Shown: positions 11,310 through 22,089 of the stretch, in pieces
How positions within the stretch are numbered: the stretch's first letter is position 1
Layout of the letters: the number at the start of each line of letters is the position of its first letter
From: Trypanosoma brucei
Taxonomy: Eukaryota
DNA: 64,000 nt
Reading direction: 5' to 3'
Assembly (NCBI GenBank): GCA_000002445.1
Contig: CM000208.1
Span: forward strand, 1,664,001-1,728,000
Translations under genes and position numbers: made by a program
Notes under the pieces: model-generated
Database searches by the model: none
What the model was told of the DNA's origin: nothing
The model's input: the letters and a program-made list of their open reading frames with translations, nothing else

Positions 11310-13016
11310 ATGGAGGAGACGTACAGTCCCTTTACGGGACGTCAAGGCCAGTACAATCAGGGCTACAATGGTGGAGGGCGACGAGATAGCCGCGGCGGTA
11401 TGGGAGAAAGAATAAAACCCGTTGACTGGGGGAATGTTTCTCTCGTTCCCGGAAACTGGAAGGTTCTCGATGGTAAGGCGATCAAAAAGGCAGGGGAGAT
11501 AAAGACATCCACCCCAGAAGCGGGACAACTCAGCGAGGAGGAGGCGACGAAATGGCGAGAAGAACATGTGATCACCATATTTGGTGATGATTGTCCTCCA
11601 CCTATGTCATCGTTTGATCACCTGTGTGGAATCGTTCCACCATACCTTCTAAAGAAGCTCACCGCCCAGAATTTCACTGCACCAACTCCCGTGCAAGCGC
11701 AGTCATGGCCCGTTCTTCTATCTGGTCGTGACCTTGTGGGGGTTGCGAAGACAGGCTCCGGAAAGACGCTTGGCTTCATGGTTCCTGCCCTCGCCCACAT
11801 TGCAGTGCAGGAACCCCTACGCTCCGGTGACGGTCCAATGGTTGTTGTACTGGCTCCCACCCGCGAACTTGCTCAGCAGATTGAAGAAGAAACAAAAAAG
11901 GTTATCCCCGGGGACGTGTATTGCGGTTGCGTTTATGGAGGAGCACCAAAAGGACCCCAGCTTGGGTTGCTGCGGAGAGGTGTGCACATTCTCGTCGCCA
12001 CACCAGGTCGTTTGATAGACTTCTTGGATATTAAACGCATTAACTTGCATCGTGTCACCTATCTCGTTCTAGATGAAGCAGATCGCATGCTTGATATGGG
12101 ATTTGAGCCGCAGGTTCGCAAAATATGCGGCCAGATAAGGCCAGACCGGCAGACAGTCATGTTCTCCGCCACTTGGCCACGTGAGATTCAGCGACTGGCA
12201 GCAGAATTTCAGAAGCAGTGGATACGCATCAGTGTGGGCAGTACGGAACTTCAGGCTAACAAGGACGTCACTCAGCGTTTCATTCTCACACAAGAGTTTG
12301 CGAAGCAGGACGAGTTGAGGAAGCTCATGCAAGAACATCGGGAGGAACGCGTGCTGGTTTTCTGCAAGATGAAGCGGACTGCGGATGAGCTGGAGCGGCA
12401 ACTAAGACGATGGGGCTACGACGCAATGGCTATTCATGGTGACAAGGAGCAGCGGCAGAGGGAGTTCATCCTAGCGAGGTTCCGTAAAGATCCACGATTG
12501 TGCCTTGTCGCCACAGACGTTGCTGCTCGAGGTCTGGACATCAAACAATTGGAAACTGTTATAAACTACGACTTCCCCATGCAGATCGACGACTACGTAC
12601 ATCGTATTGGCCGCACAGGCCGTGCAGGCGCGAAGGGAGATGCGTTTACGCTTATCACGAAGAAGGAGGCTCAAATAACACCTTCAGTGTTGAAGGAACT
12701 TATTGGGATCCTGGAGCGCGCACAACAGGAAATACCTGATTGGATGATCGAATGGAACGCGCAACAGCCGAGATACCAGGTGAAGCGGAATCGCGGTATG
12801 AACGGGTTTGGAAGACATCAAAGCGCCCCCTTCCTGCGTAACGGTCACCGCCCATCGTTCTCAGCGAACGGGAATTATAGTGCTCACGGAAATGGTACAT
12901 TTGGCCTTGGAAAGCACAACGACGACGCTGTTCCCTTCTCGTCATCCGCTATTCAATACAAGCGATTTGACAGTGACGACGAGGCGGAACCGTCCCGCAA
13001 GAAATACGCGAGATAG
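11310..13016 (+). CDS. ATP-dependent DEAD-box RNA helicase, DDX5/DDX17/Dbp2 subfamily
   Basis: Q-motif 'FTAPTPVQ', motif I 'AKTGSGKT', motif Ia 'PTRELA', motif II 'LDEADRMLDMGF', motif III 'SAT', motif VI 'HRIGRTGRAG'. The C-terminal tail is low-complexity and Gly/Asn/Arg-rich. Confidence 0.9.
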   Translation: MEETYSPFTGRQGQYNQGYNGGGRRDSRGGMGERIKPVDWGNVSLVPGNWKVLDGKAIKKAGEIKTSTPEAGQLSEEEATKWREEHVITIFGDDCPPPMSSFDHLCGIVPPYLLKKLTAQNFTAPTPVQAQSWPVLLSGRDLVGVAKTGSGKTLGFMVPALAHIAVQEPLRSGDGPMVVVLAPTRELAQQIEEETKKVIPGDVYCGCVYGGAPKGPQLGLLRRGVHILVATPGRLIDFLDIKRINLHRVTYLVLDEADRMLDMGFEPQVRKICGQIRPDRQTVMFSATWPREIQRLAAEFQKQWIRISVGSTELQANKDVTQRFILTQEFAKQDELRKLMQEHREERVLVFCKMKRTADELERQLRRWGYDAMAIHGDKEQRQREFILARFRKDPRLCLVATDVAARGLDIKQLETVINYDFPMQIDDYVHRIGRTGRAGAKGDAFTLITKKEAQITPSVLKELIGILERAQQEIPDWMIEWNAQQPRYQVKRNRGMNGFGRHQSAPFLRNGHRPSFSANGNYSAHGNGTFGLGKHNDDAVPFSSSAIQYKRFDSDDEAEPSRKKYAR

Positions 13017-13656
13017 GCGGAATCCGTTTTTCAACCGAAATCACGATACATGTTGAGCCAGCACCAGCAGTGACTGATGATGAAGGGGAAAATGGAAGAT
13101 TTTTTGATCAACAGCTAGTAAGTTAACGAGTAATACGCAATGAAAAGCGATCGAATTCCATGAATTGTTCCGGAAGTGAGAACAGTAGGTATATATATAT
13201 TTATATACGTAATGAATATGGAAGGAACTGGTAAAGGAAAGTAGTATCGTTCAACAAAGTAACCTTTAAAAAAATTGTAACGAAGGAAATGTGCACTTCT
13301 CTTCTTTGAGTGCAGGTGAATCGCTTGACGTTCCTCATTAAATACGGGGAAATGAGAATCTGTAGTGGATGAGTGTAAGCTCCGTCTCTGACAGAATCTA
13401 CCGGATTTTTGTGACGACACTTGCAAGAAGCTTGTCGATCCTCTTTTCATGTGTGTTGTAGACATTTCCCCACTCGGCTCTTTCTGCGCATCCTTTTTCA
13501 AATAATTACACTAAGACAAATGTTGTGCTATACAACAATAAGAGGGTGTTGCATCGCGCTTAAAAACGTTTGTGAACTCCATTGCCGCTCCTGCTATCAT
13601 GCTAATCCCTTTGTTACCCTAATTTACCATGAGATAGGGAGGCGCTACGTTAGCAT

Positions 13657-14418
13657 ATGAATACTATGCAGGGAATTATGAGAGATCTGCGGATGGTTAT
13701 GTCCCCCTTTCTTCTTGTTCTCGTTGTCGCAATTTCCACACCGGCCAGTGCTGCCCGTTTCTTGCTGCAAAACACTCAGCCAATATGCTTTGTTGAGGAG
13801 GTAGGAGAGGACACGCGGTTCTTGACGGGTGTTTACACGCGCAGTGACTCTCTGCCCTATCCACCTACTGTTAAAATGACCATCAAGTCACCGAGTGGCT
13901 CGGTGACGTGGGAGGGCAAAGTTGTGGCAGGAACAAACTCTTTCAGCGCTCCTGTCTCAGCTGGGTCCATTGGCAAGTATCAGATTTGTGTGAGTGTGAG
14001 CACATGGGGATTTAGGGCTTCAGATGATGGATCATCTGTTGTTATGGACGTTAACATTGACCAGAAAACAACTGTAATATCCAAGACGGAAGTGCCTATG
14101 CTGAAGAGACAGAATGTGGGGGGTATGGAAGTGTTCACTTTCCGAGACTTTGGGGGCCAACAAAAGGATATCTTGCGTCCACCAGAATACTTTAAACGCG
14201 TTGAAGGTGCGCTGTCGAAGCTGTTGATGCAGGTGAAAGACGTTAGTTCCGGTATTGATCACAACATTGAGCGTTTCTCACGCATGTTTACCACTTCAGA
14301 AAACACCCACAAGCGCATATGGGCGTTTGGTGTGCTTACCGTGCTGGTCACGATCGCCACCATATGGCTGCAGTTCCGCCTACTGAAGTCCACTCTGCGG
14401 GAGAAGAAGTTGGTGTGA
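13657..14418 (+). CDS. p24/emp24/GOLD-domain cargo receptor family protein
   Basis: N-terminal signal-peptide-like hydrophobic stretch and a luminal beta-rich region. A single C-terminal TM helix is followed by a short tail ending 'LLKSTLREKKLV', the characteristic p24 cytosolic tail with dibasic/KKxx-like signal. Confidence 0.65.
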   Translation: MNTMQGIMRDLRMVMSPFLLVLVVAISTPASAARFLLQNTQPICFVEEVGEDTRFLTGVYTRSDSLPYPPTVKMTIKSPSGSVTWEGKVVAGTNSFSAPVSAGSIGKYQICVSVSTWGFRASDDGSSVVMDVNIDQKTTVISKTEVPMLKRQNVGGMEVFTFRDFGGQQKDILRPPEYFKRVEGALSKLLMQVKDVSSGIDHNIERFSRMFTTSENTHKRIWAFGVLTVLVTIATIWLQFRLLKSTLREKKLV

Positions 14419-15143
14419 TGCCCTTATGATATGACTCCTTTCTCTTCTCCCGCATGGGGTTTGGAGACCGGAAGTGTACTCCTTTAACTCCTAAATAGCA
14501 AGTGAAGCGTGAAAGTAAGGAACGACGAAGAAGCCAAGGGGTGGAGTTATCATTTTTTTTTACCTTCTGGTGGGGCGTAGTTCCTTTAAAACTTGTGAAT
14601 TTTTCTTACCCGATGGTAGAAGTGATAGAACACAAGCGAAGAGGAAATGAGAGACGCGTAGCAAAAGGTTTATAAAAGGAGGAGACTGGCTCTGCCTTGG
14701 TTTGTGTGTGTGACGGCGGAGGGAAGAGGATGAAAAGGGGGAGCGTTGTTTCGTTATTTACGTTTTTTGCAATTTCCAGGTGTGTTTTTCTTGTTTCAAG
14801 AGGGAGGCTTAGGATACCGCAGAAAATGCGACACTAGACCTACTTGCCCACACGCCACAACGAGGGTGGAAGGCAGCAGTACAAAGGTAACACTTAACGA
14901 GCACGGACCAACTATGAAAAAAAAAACAAAGATAACACTGTTCGTCTTACAAGCGACTTCTCCAATGTCTGGTGTCACTGGGATACCTCTCCACCTCATT
15001 CGCCACCGCGATAAACTCATTTATCGAGCAGAACTTCAACACTTGGCTCTTTTAATTTCCTGATGAATTTATGGGACTTGATAGAAATCTAGGTTAGAGA
15101 AAACGTCGGTTATATTGCCGTGTCCAGTCTAAGGAAACAATGA

Positions 15144-15792
15144 GCGATGGGCGATATTTGGCTCTCATCTCTGTGTGATGACATCACTAAGCGTTTCTGA
15201 CGGAATTCGTATGCTGAACACATAACAAACGCAAATCACTCCACACTGATAACAGCTCCGCAGGCCCCAATCCCTTACCGTACATTCGCAATGAGGCAAA
15301 CGATGAAAAAATAAATGGATCGCTGACTCTGAACACATTATCTGATTGACAGGACATTTCTTTGACTATACCTCTGAATTGTGCCCCACTTCTCTCTCCA
15401 TTCCTCCCTCTTTCTGTTGGTTTCCCCCCCCCCCCCTCCTGCTGCTGCCACTACTATTCCTCCAGGTGTCTATTGCTCCTGGTGCATTACCATTAACTGC
15501 GGTATGATTACAAAGCAATTTTATCCTCACCCTGACGTGAGTGGTTCTGTGACGAGAAACCGATTGACAATAATACCAAGATCTGCTATGAGCCCGTGAT
15601 GTTGTGTGCAGACGCTGTATTAATCCCGCCCCGTATGGCAAACTCATGCCCGGGGCGATTCATGCACAGCGGAGATGCGTATTGTCTCACTTCCCCTTAT
15701 CGTAAAGTCCACTTTCTTTCCTGTTGCGTGCCTGTTTCAAATGTACGCCCGCGCGGTTTTGTGAATGAGGCTCCCCATTCCGCTGTTGTTGC
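15144..15792. repeat. 649-bp dispersed/direct repeat, copy A (upstream of BUD31)
   Basis: Near-identical by eye to 17156..17803, differing only in the length of an internal poly-C run. Flanking sequence differs on both sides of both copies. Confidence 0.85.
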
Positions 15793-16104
15793 GGGGTAAT
15801 CTGGTTTTGTGCGTGGCGGGTGCTTGCGCTGCGTTTAGTAGACGTTAACCGATGGAGTTGTTACAAACCCCCCATTTATTCGGATTCGCTATTCCGCAGG
15901 GCGGTGGTTTAGCTCTTCGAGCACATTTGTAGTGCGGGGCGGTGCTGTTACTGCTACTGAGGTGGCTCACTGCTTGTTTAACCACGGTGCCCACTTTTTT
16001 TTCCTTTTTTTGACACCTTAGCTCTCCTCTTCTTCACTTTCGCGTTCTTCCGTTTTCAGGTTAGGAGCTGTGTAGTAAACCAACGAGTATTTTTTTTTTT
16101 AGGG

Positions 16105-16830
16105 ATGCCGAAAATCCGCCCAGGAATGAAGCGGCCGCCACCGGGGTTTGAAAAAATCAATGACAAACTTGACGAATACGACGCAGAGATGCGACTGGCT
16201 CTTTCTGAGGACCCTTCCCAGGCTGAACTACCGGTGCCGTCCAAACGAAAGGACAAACAAAATAAGGTTGAAGCGACTAAAGACAAGCATGCTCAAAGTG
16301 TACAGCGCGGTGATGGTGGTGTAGCGGGCCACTCGGACGGCGAATTAGACAAACCGGAACCCCCCTTGTGGCGAGTGGCGCGAATCAATCGGGAGCGCAC
16401 ACGTTATGTGTTTAATGCGTGTTTCCGAGAGCGGATAATTGCGGAGGAGGTTCTCGACTACTGCTGTGAGATGAATTTCATTGATGCTGGTCTCGTTCGG
16501 CGCTGGTCACTTGCTGGGTATGAACGGCTGTGTTGCAATACTTGCTGCTTACCGGGAGCTGCTAGTGAAGCGGCTCGTATGGTGAATAAGTTTGCAAACC
16601 GTGACAAAAAAGATCGGCGCACTAATGGTAATGATGACACCGGGGGTACCTGCATTTGCCGCGTGCCCGATGAGAAGCGTCTGGCCAAGGCGTTCACTAG
16701 GTGTATGGTGTGTGGGTGCTCTGGTTGTGGTTCGGGGGGTAAGCGCAAGCACGACACCGAGGAAAAAGATAGTGTATCCGACATGAAAAAAGTACGCACG
16801 GACGACTACGAGGTGAAATCGGGTAAATAG
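16105..16830 (+). CDS. BUD31: BUD31/G10 family pre-mRNA splicing factor homolog
   Basis: N-terminus 'MPKIRPGMKRPPPGFEKI...LDEYDAEMR' matches G10 'MPKV.T..K.PP.G.E.I...L.E.D.KMR'. Further matches are 'RYVF...F.RE.I..E...YC', 'W...GYE.LCC..C' and 'TCICRVP', with a C-terminal Cys cluster 'CMVCGCSGCG'. It carries a large basic/acidic insertion between the N-terminal and Cys-rich parts. Confidence 0.8.
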   Translation: MPKIRPGMKRPPPGFEKINDKLDEYDAEMRLALSEDPSQAELPVPSKRKDKQNKVEATKDKHAQSVQRGDGGVAGHSDGELDKPEPPLWRVARINRERTRYVFNACFRERIIAEEVLDYCCEMNFIDAGLVRRWSLAGYERLCCNTCCLPGAASEAARMVNKFANRDKKDRRTNGNDDTGGTCICRVPDEKRLAKAFTRCMVCGCSGCGSGGKRKHDTEEKDSVSDMKKVRTDDYEVKSGK

Positions 16831-17155
16831 TGAAGGATTTGACATTTTTTTTTTCCCCCTCCCGGAAAGTCGTTGCACCAATTGTGAATGAACTTCTTAT
16901 TCTTCGTATGCCCCCTCCCTTTTGTTGGGGTACCCACAAACCCCATCTGTTTCAAAACGGAGCATCCTTTTGTGCCTTTCATTTGCGCACCAACTGCAAT
17001 GGTAAATATTCTTTCACTGCCCATTTTGTGTATGAGAAAGTAAGATTGCTGGCTGGTAGCTCAGTAGCTCAGACAAACTTGTCGCTGTCGGCCTGCAGAA
17101 CGGCTCACGCCGGTGCCACGTTCGGGCGGGGGAACGGTGAAATTGGCTTCATTAC

Positions 17156-17803
17156 GCGATGGGCGATATTTGGCTCTCATCTCTGTGTGATGACATCACT
17201 AAGCGTTTCTGACGGAATTCGTATGCTGAACACATAACAAACGCAAATCACTCCACACTGATAACAGCTCCGCAGGCCCCAATCCCTTACCGTACATTCG
17301 CAATGAGGCAAACGATGAAAAAATAAATGGATCGCTGACTCTGAACACATTATCTGATTGACAGGACATTTCTTTGACTATACCTCTGAATTGTGCCCCA
17401 CTTCTCTCTCCATTCCTCCCTCTTTCTGTTGGTTTCCCCCCCCCCCCTCCTGCTGCTGCCACTACTATTCCTCCAGGTGTCTATTGCTCCTGGTGCATTA
17501 CCATTAACTGCGGTATGATTACAAAGCAATTTTATCCTCACCCTGACGTGAGTGGTTCTGTGACGAGAAACCGATTGACAATAATACCAAGATCTGCTAT
17601 GAGCCCGTGATGTTGTGTGCAGACGCTGTATTAATCCCGCCCCGTATGGCAAACTCATGCCCGGGGCGATTCATGCACAGCGGAGATGCGTATTGTCTCA
17701 CTTCCCCTTATCGTAAAGTCCACTTTCTTTCCTGTTGCGTGCCTGTTTCAAATGTACGCCCGCGCGGTTTTGTGAATGAGGCTCCCCATTCCGCTGTTGT
17801 TGC
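17156..17803. repeat. 649-bp dispersed/direct repeat, copy B (downstream of BUD31)
   Basis: See copy A. The two copies are 2012 bp apart start-to-start and bracket the BUD31 gene. Confidence 0.85.
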
Positions 17804-18064
17804 CGCCTCTTCCCTCCCAAGAGTTGGGGTTGAGCATCATATGGTGGTTCTTGAGCAGTATTCTATCCCCCTTATTCCCTCATTCTTTCTTCCTTATCAT
17901 ATATGCCCGTTTTGTGTTATTTTGTAAATGTGGGTGTTCCAATGAAGTAATAACTCTAGAAGCAACCTGGGCGATCCGGGTTACCGTGTTGACTAAAACT
18001 ATCAGCCGTTGTTTTTGCCCACAGAAATCTTGTTGCAGGAGAGGGGTCCGAGTGGTTTTGAGGC

Positions 18065-18442
18065 ATGATGGAGGACGATGAGGGTTTGGATGGGCAGCAG
18101 GAAGTGAGGGAAGTTGTAAAGGAGCGTCCCGTTAGGCTAACCAGCATTGTGCGGCATGACTGCTCCAAGTCCTTCGCTAACGATGTTCTTGAGATGGCCA
18201 ACGTCGTTCTTGACAACTTGCCTGCCGATCGTATGTATAAGGATGTTGCCACTCTCCTTAAGCGGCAGTTGGACGAAACTCAAAAGGGCACATGGCACGT
18301 CATCGCAGGGTCGCATTTCGGTGCGAATGTGACAAACGACGCAGAAACCATGGTGAACCTAAAGATCGACGATATGTATGTTCTTGTGTTTCGTTCTGGC
18401 CCTCCAGACCGTCCGCTAAATGCGAATGATGCAAAGGAGTAA
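18065..18442 (+). CDS. dynein light chain LC8 (DYNLL) family protein with N-terminal extension
   Basis: C-terminal 90 aa align to LC8: 'DVLEMANVVLDNL...MYKDVATLLKRQLDE...GTWHVIAGSHFGANVTNDAETMVNLKIDDMYVLVFRSG' versus canonical '...[22 protein letters not shown]...YFYLGQVAILLFKSG'. An acidic N-terminal extension of ~35 aa precedes it. Confidence 0.8.
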   Translation: MMEDDEGLDGQQEVREVVKERPVRLTSIVRHDCSKSFANDVLEMANVVLDNLPADRMYKDVATLLKRQLDETQKGTWHVIAGSHFGANVTNDAETMVNLKIDDMYVLVFRSGPPDRPLNANDAKE

Positions 18443-18965
18443 TCGACGAATGTATTTACTTGTTGAGTGTGCTCGCGTGATGATCGTTTGAAGTAGGCAA
18501 GGCGTTCGCCTGCTTGACGTTATCCATCGGCTGCGGGATTTTTCTTTTCTTTTTTCTCATTCTTTTTGACGCCGTTGCGTTCGGTGTTTTGGATGGACTT
18601 TGAACCAAGGGGATTAAACGGATTGCTAGAGTTAGAGAATCTTTCCCGTGCTGTACCACTTAAGTTACGCTTATACCTACTAGGGACCTTACAGCCTTTG
18701 TCCCGTGGAGCATGTACCGTATACCGGAGAACAAGGAAATGTGAGAACCCGTCTTTGGACACACGTACTGGGGTGCATATATATATATATATATAGTGCA
18801 TTTTTGTGAGAGCCTTTAACCCTCATCTTCCCTTTGACCGATTTCTCGCATTGCTCCGTTTGTGATATATCTTAGCTTTAAAGTTTTTAAGTTTAGCTGG
18901 TTGTTGGCGTTTGCTACAGGTGGGGGGAGTAGCATCATTCTCTGCAAAAGAGAAAACACCCTCCA

Positions 18966-21188
18966 ATGCAGCCACTACAGGCAACCGAACAGACAAAGAA
19001 GAAGCTGAAGTCGTTCGGTAAAAACCGGCGTGAGATTAGGGTGCGCACCACCTATGATGAAAAGGGCAACTGGATGGCCGTGAACAACCCGGACAAGCTG
19101 AGGCAAACGGAGTGCCCAGCTCTTGACCGTTACTATCGTGACCTTCAGCGGTTGTGTACGCCACAGGAGTGGGGCGATGAAATGGCGCTGTTCCGCCAAC
19201 CACTTCCCACTACATTTTGGATCAATGACACGGATCCCTTAGCCCCCGAAATTAGTCGCTATTTCGAATCGCTGCCTGACACAGTAGTCGAGGCTATTCC
19301 GTGGTACCCGATTCGCGGGATGGCGTGGCGTATAAAGGCTGGGAAGACTGAATTTCGGCGTCCCGAAATGAAGGAATTACGGAGTTTTTTAATTCGTCAT
19401 ACTGCCATTGGGACTGTATCGCGGCAGGAAGAGGTGTCGATGCTCCCGCCTTTCTTGTTGGACATTCAACCCACGGACAAATGCCTTGATATGTGCGCAT
19501 CCCCAGGCTCAAAAACAGCTCAAATTCTTGTTTCGTTGGGGCGGCATAAGGTTGTACCTCATGATAGTGATGCCTCACCCTTTCCGTTCGACTACGACAG
19601 CGAGGGGCTTGTGGTCGCTAATGATATTGACACCAAGCGAGCCAACATGCTGGTGCACCAAGTTAAGCGTATGAGGTTGCTATTCCCGTTTGCACTCTTT
19701 ACCAATCATGACGCACAATTCTTCCCCAATATGGTGTTGACCCCTGGAGAAGCGCAACCCCACACATGTGGACAGCAAACTACCGGCGATGATGGCGCCA
19801 CCGAGCTTCGGTTTGATAAAATACTTTGTGACGTTGTCTGTTCTGGTGACGGAACAATCCGCAAAGCTCCACACATACTCAAGATGTGGTCGCCCCGGGA
19901 GGCTATATCGCTGCAGAAGGTGCAGATTCAAATAGCATTGCGTGCCTGTCACCTTCTTCGCGTCGGCGGTCGCCTTGTCTACAGCACGTGCTCTATGAAT
20001 CCCATAGAAAATGAGGCGGTTGTAGCGCAGATTATCCACCGCACGAAAGGGGCTATGAAACTTATTGACTGCTCCTCGTTGCTCCCCGGGTTGCGGTTCA
20101 CCCCGGGTCTCCAAAAGTGGGTGGTGACGAACTCAAAGGGCAATGTGGTGGAAGCTCCATGCCAGGAAGCACACGAAGCACTCTTCCCGCCTGGAACGCC
20201 AGGGGCCTATTCGTCGGATGCGGTTGATGCTATGGACTTGCGCCTGTGTTTGCGACTGCTTCCTTCCCATTGCAACGGCGGCGCATTCTTCATTGCAGTG
20301 CTCAGCAAAGTTTCTGAGTTCCGCTTCCATAAGCATGACGAAACAACGCAGCCAGCTATCACGGTGCCGGCGCACTCTGCCCGCATTTTTGAACGCGAAG
20401 ACAACACATCAGTCGACACGGAAGTTACTCAGGATGGCCTCCCTTTAGGAAAAAGAGAAAGAGAGGAAAACGCACTCGACTTGGCCAAAGATGAGGTTCG
20501 CGGGAGAGGTGTTCCTCCGCAATTTGTTGCAGCTCCGGAGCCCATTATCAACGTCATAACGGACTTTTACCGTGTATCTAGCTTTCCGACGCGTCTGCTT
20601 GTCGTTCGTACAGCAAATGGGCAACGGGAGCTGAAACTTTCCGGTGGGTCTGTCTGCTCCATTGTTTCGCGCTCTGCTCTCGAGGTTTTGCAGCATAAGA
20701 CGGACACTCTTATTGTGGTAAGCGCTGGCCTTCGTGTTTTCGCCCACGAAAATCTTGACGGCGGCTGGCGCATTGCCAGTGAGTCGGCTGTTCTCTTTTC
20801 CAAACTAATGTCCCAGTCCCCGCGACGGCTGTGCGTTCACGTAAGTTTGGTGGAGCGCCTTTTGCAAGGAGGAAAGCTAAAAGACATTCCCTTTAATGAT
20901 ATTGAAGACGAGGCGGTACGTTTCCAGTTGGAGTCAATGGATATTGGCACTGTTCTGCTGAAAATTGAAGCCCCCGGTGCGGTCGGAGGTGTTCTTTACT
21001 CCGTGGCGCTGAGGGCACGTAAGCGGTTGCAGTTATTAGTGGACCAGGAGGACATCGTGGGATTGAGACTGCGGTTGGGACTCCCCGCGACGGAGGCAGC
21101 AAAGGTGGAGGATACCAACGCACAACAGGGGGAGGGTGGTGTTATACCTGCTGATTGCGCGGAGGAAGGGGCGGAGCGCATTCCTTAA
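18966..21188 (+). CDS. tRNA (cytosine-5)-methyltransferase, NSUN2/NCL1(Trm4)-like (NOL1/NOP2/Sun family)
   Basis: SAM-binding 'LDMCASPGSKTAQIL' and motif IV 'DKILCDVVCSGDGTIRKAP' (catalytic Cys pair region). 'RLVYSTCSMNPIENEAVV' is the TC-Cys nucleophile motif. The ~740-aa size matches NSUN2/Trm4 rather than NOP2. Confidence 0.85.
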   Translation: MQPLQATEQTKKKLKSFGKNRREIRVRTTYDEKGNWMAVNNPDKLRQTECPALDRYYRDLQRLCTPQEWGDEMALFRQPLPTTFWINDTDPLAPEISRYFESLPDTVVEAIPWYPIRGMAWRIKAGKTEFRRPEMKELRSFLIRHTAIGTVSRQEEVSMLPPFLLDIQPTDKCLDMCASPGSKTAQILVSLGRHKVVPHDSDASPFPFDYDSEGLVVANDIDTKRANMLVHQVKRMRLLFPFALFTNHDAQFFPNMVLTPGEAQPHTCGQQTTGDDGATELRFDKILCDVVCSGDGTIRKAPHILKMWSPREAISLQKVQIQIALRACHLLRVGGRLVYSTCSMNPIENEAVVAQIIHRTKGAMKLIDCSSLLPGLRFTPGLQKWVVTNSKGNVVEAPCQEAHEALFPPGTPGAYSSDAVDAMDLRLCLRLLPSHCNGGAFFIAVLSKVSEFRFHKHDETTQPAITVPAHSARIFEREDNTSVDTEVTQDGLPLGKREREENALDLAKDEVRGRGVPPQFVAAPEPIINVITDFYRVSSFPTRLLVVRTANGQRELKLSGGSVCSIVSRSALEVLQHKTDTLIVVSAGLRVFAHENLDGGWRIASESAVLFSKLMSQSPRRLCVHVSLVERLLQGGKLKDIPFNDIEDEAVRFQLESMDIGTVLLKIEAPGAVGGVLYSVALRARKRLQLLVDQEDIVGLRLRLGLPATEAAKVEDTNAQQGEGGVIPADCAEEGAERIP

Positions 21189-22089
21189 TAAAAAGGGAGG
21201 GAGGGAAAAGCAGTTGCAGTTTTGTTGTACACCAGCGACTTGCCCACGAATGAGAGCGCAACTGTGTGCACGTGTGTGTGATATCGTGTTCAAAACCGTG
21301 CGTGGCCACACTTGCGCGTAGTTGAATTGGTATAATTTAAGAATCGTAACATTAAGCGATTAAAGCTTTCAATGTGGACCCCTCATTCCTCTTCTTTCTT
21401 TGGACTTCTTTTCTCTTCCTGCTTTTATTCGTGTGGCGCAGTCGTGCGCTTAACATATCCGTCTGCGGGTTTATTTTGTTTCTGCTGTTGCCTTCGTGTT
21501 TCTCGCGAATTTAAGGCAGTCTGTGTTTAACTATGATGCCTCATTTCGGTTCTCCCGAATTTCTCTTTTCCATCTGTTTTCATTTCGTTCGGCCCCTGCT
21601 GTTTGCGAACGATGCGTGCCCATTTGTCTGCTCGCACACGCAAACAAGGAGTGTAGCGGGTGCAATTGTGGATACGGAGAACAGGTCCGGCCAGCCGTTT
21701 GATCTTTTTCGTCTTTTTGAATCGCCAAGCATATAAAAAACGGGAGCCTCAGGTGTTGAAAATTCTGCACGAGGCACAGTATATACACACATTTTATTTA
21801 TTTGTGCGCGCTCGCAAGCGGATCTAGGGGATAAGGTGCAAATCGCATCGAGTAAGTCACAAAGTAGGGGGGAAAGCGCAAAAACATCGAGTGAGGTGAC
21901 GGCCTTTGGTATCTGTTTACCCCCTTTTTGCTGAAGGAGGGAAATAGTTTCGAAGAAGAGACATTTCCTCTCACGATTGTGTACAAGTATACCTTACAAG
22001 CCATACAATAATTGAAGACTTGGGGATAGATAGATTTTTTTTTCGTTTTAGTTTCACGCACAAAACGGCTTTTCCGTTCCCGTCCAGGT

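Noticed and set aside
15366-15647. Minus-strand ORF 'MSLPYGAGLIQRLHTTSRAHSRSWYY...' and its twin at 17350..17658, plus + strand twins 15381..15599 / 17374..17610.
   Set aside because: They are identical because they lie inside the two copies of the 649-bp direct repeat. They have no start context or homology and include a poly-C/poly-Pro run. They are treated as non-coding repeat sequence.
15144-15792. Possibility that the 649-bp repeat is a RIME/ingi/SIDER-type retroposon.
   Set aside because: No terminal poly(A) on either strand, no recognisable target-site duplication, and no RT/endonuclease remnants. It is kept as an unclassified dispersed/direct repeat rather than a mobile element.
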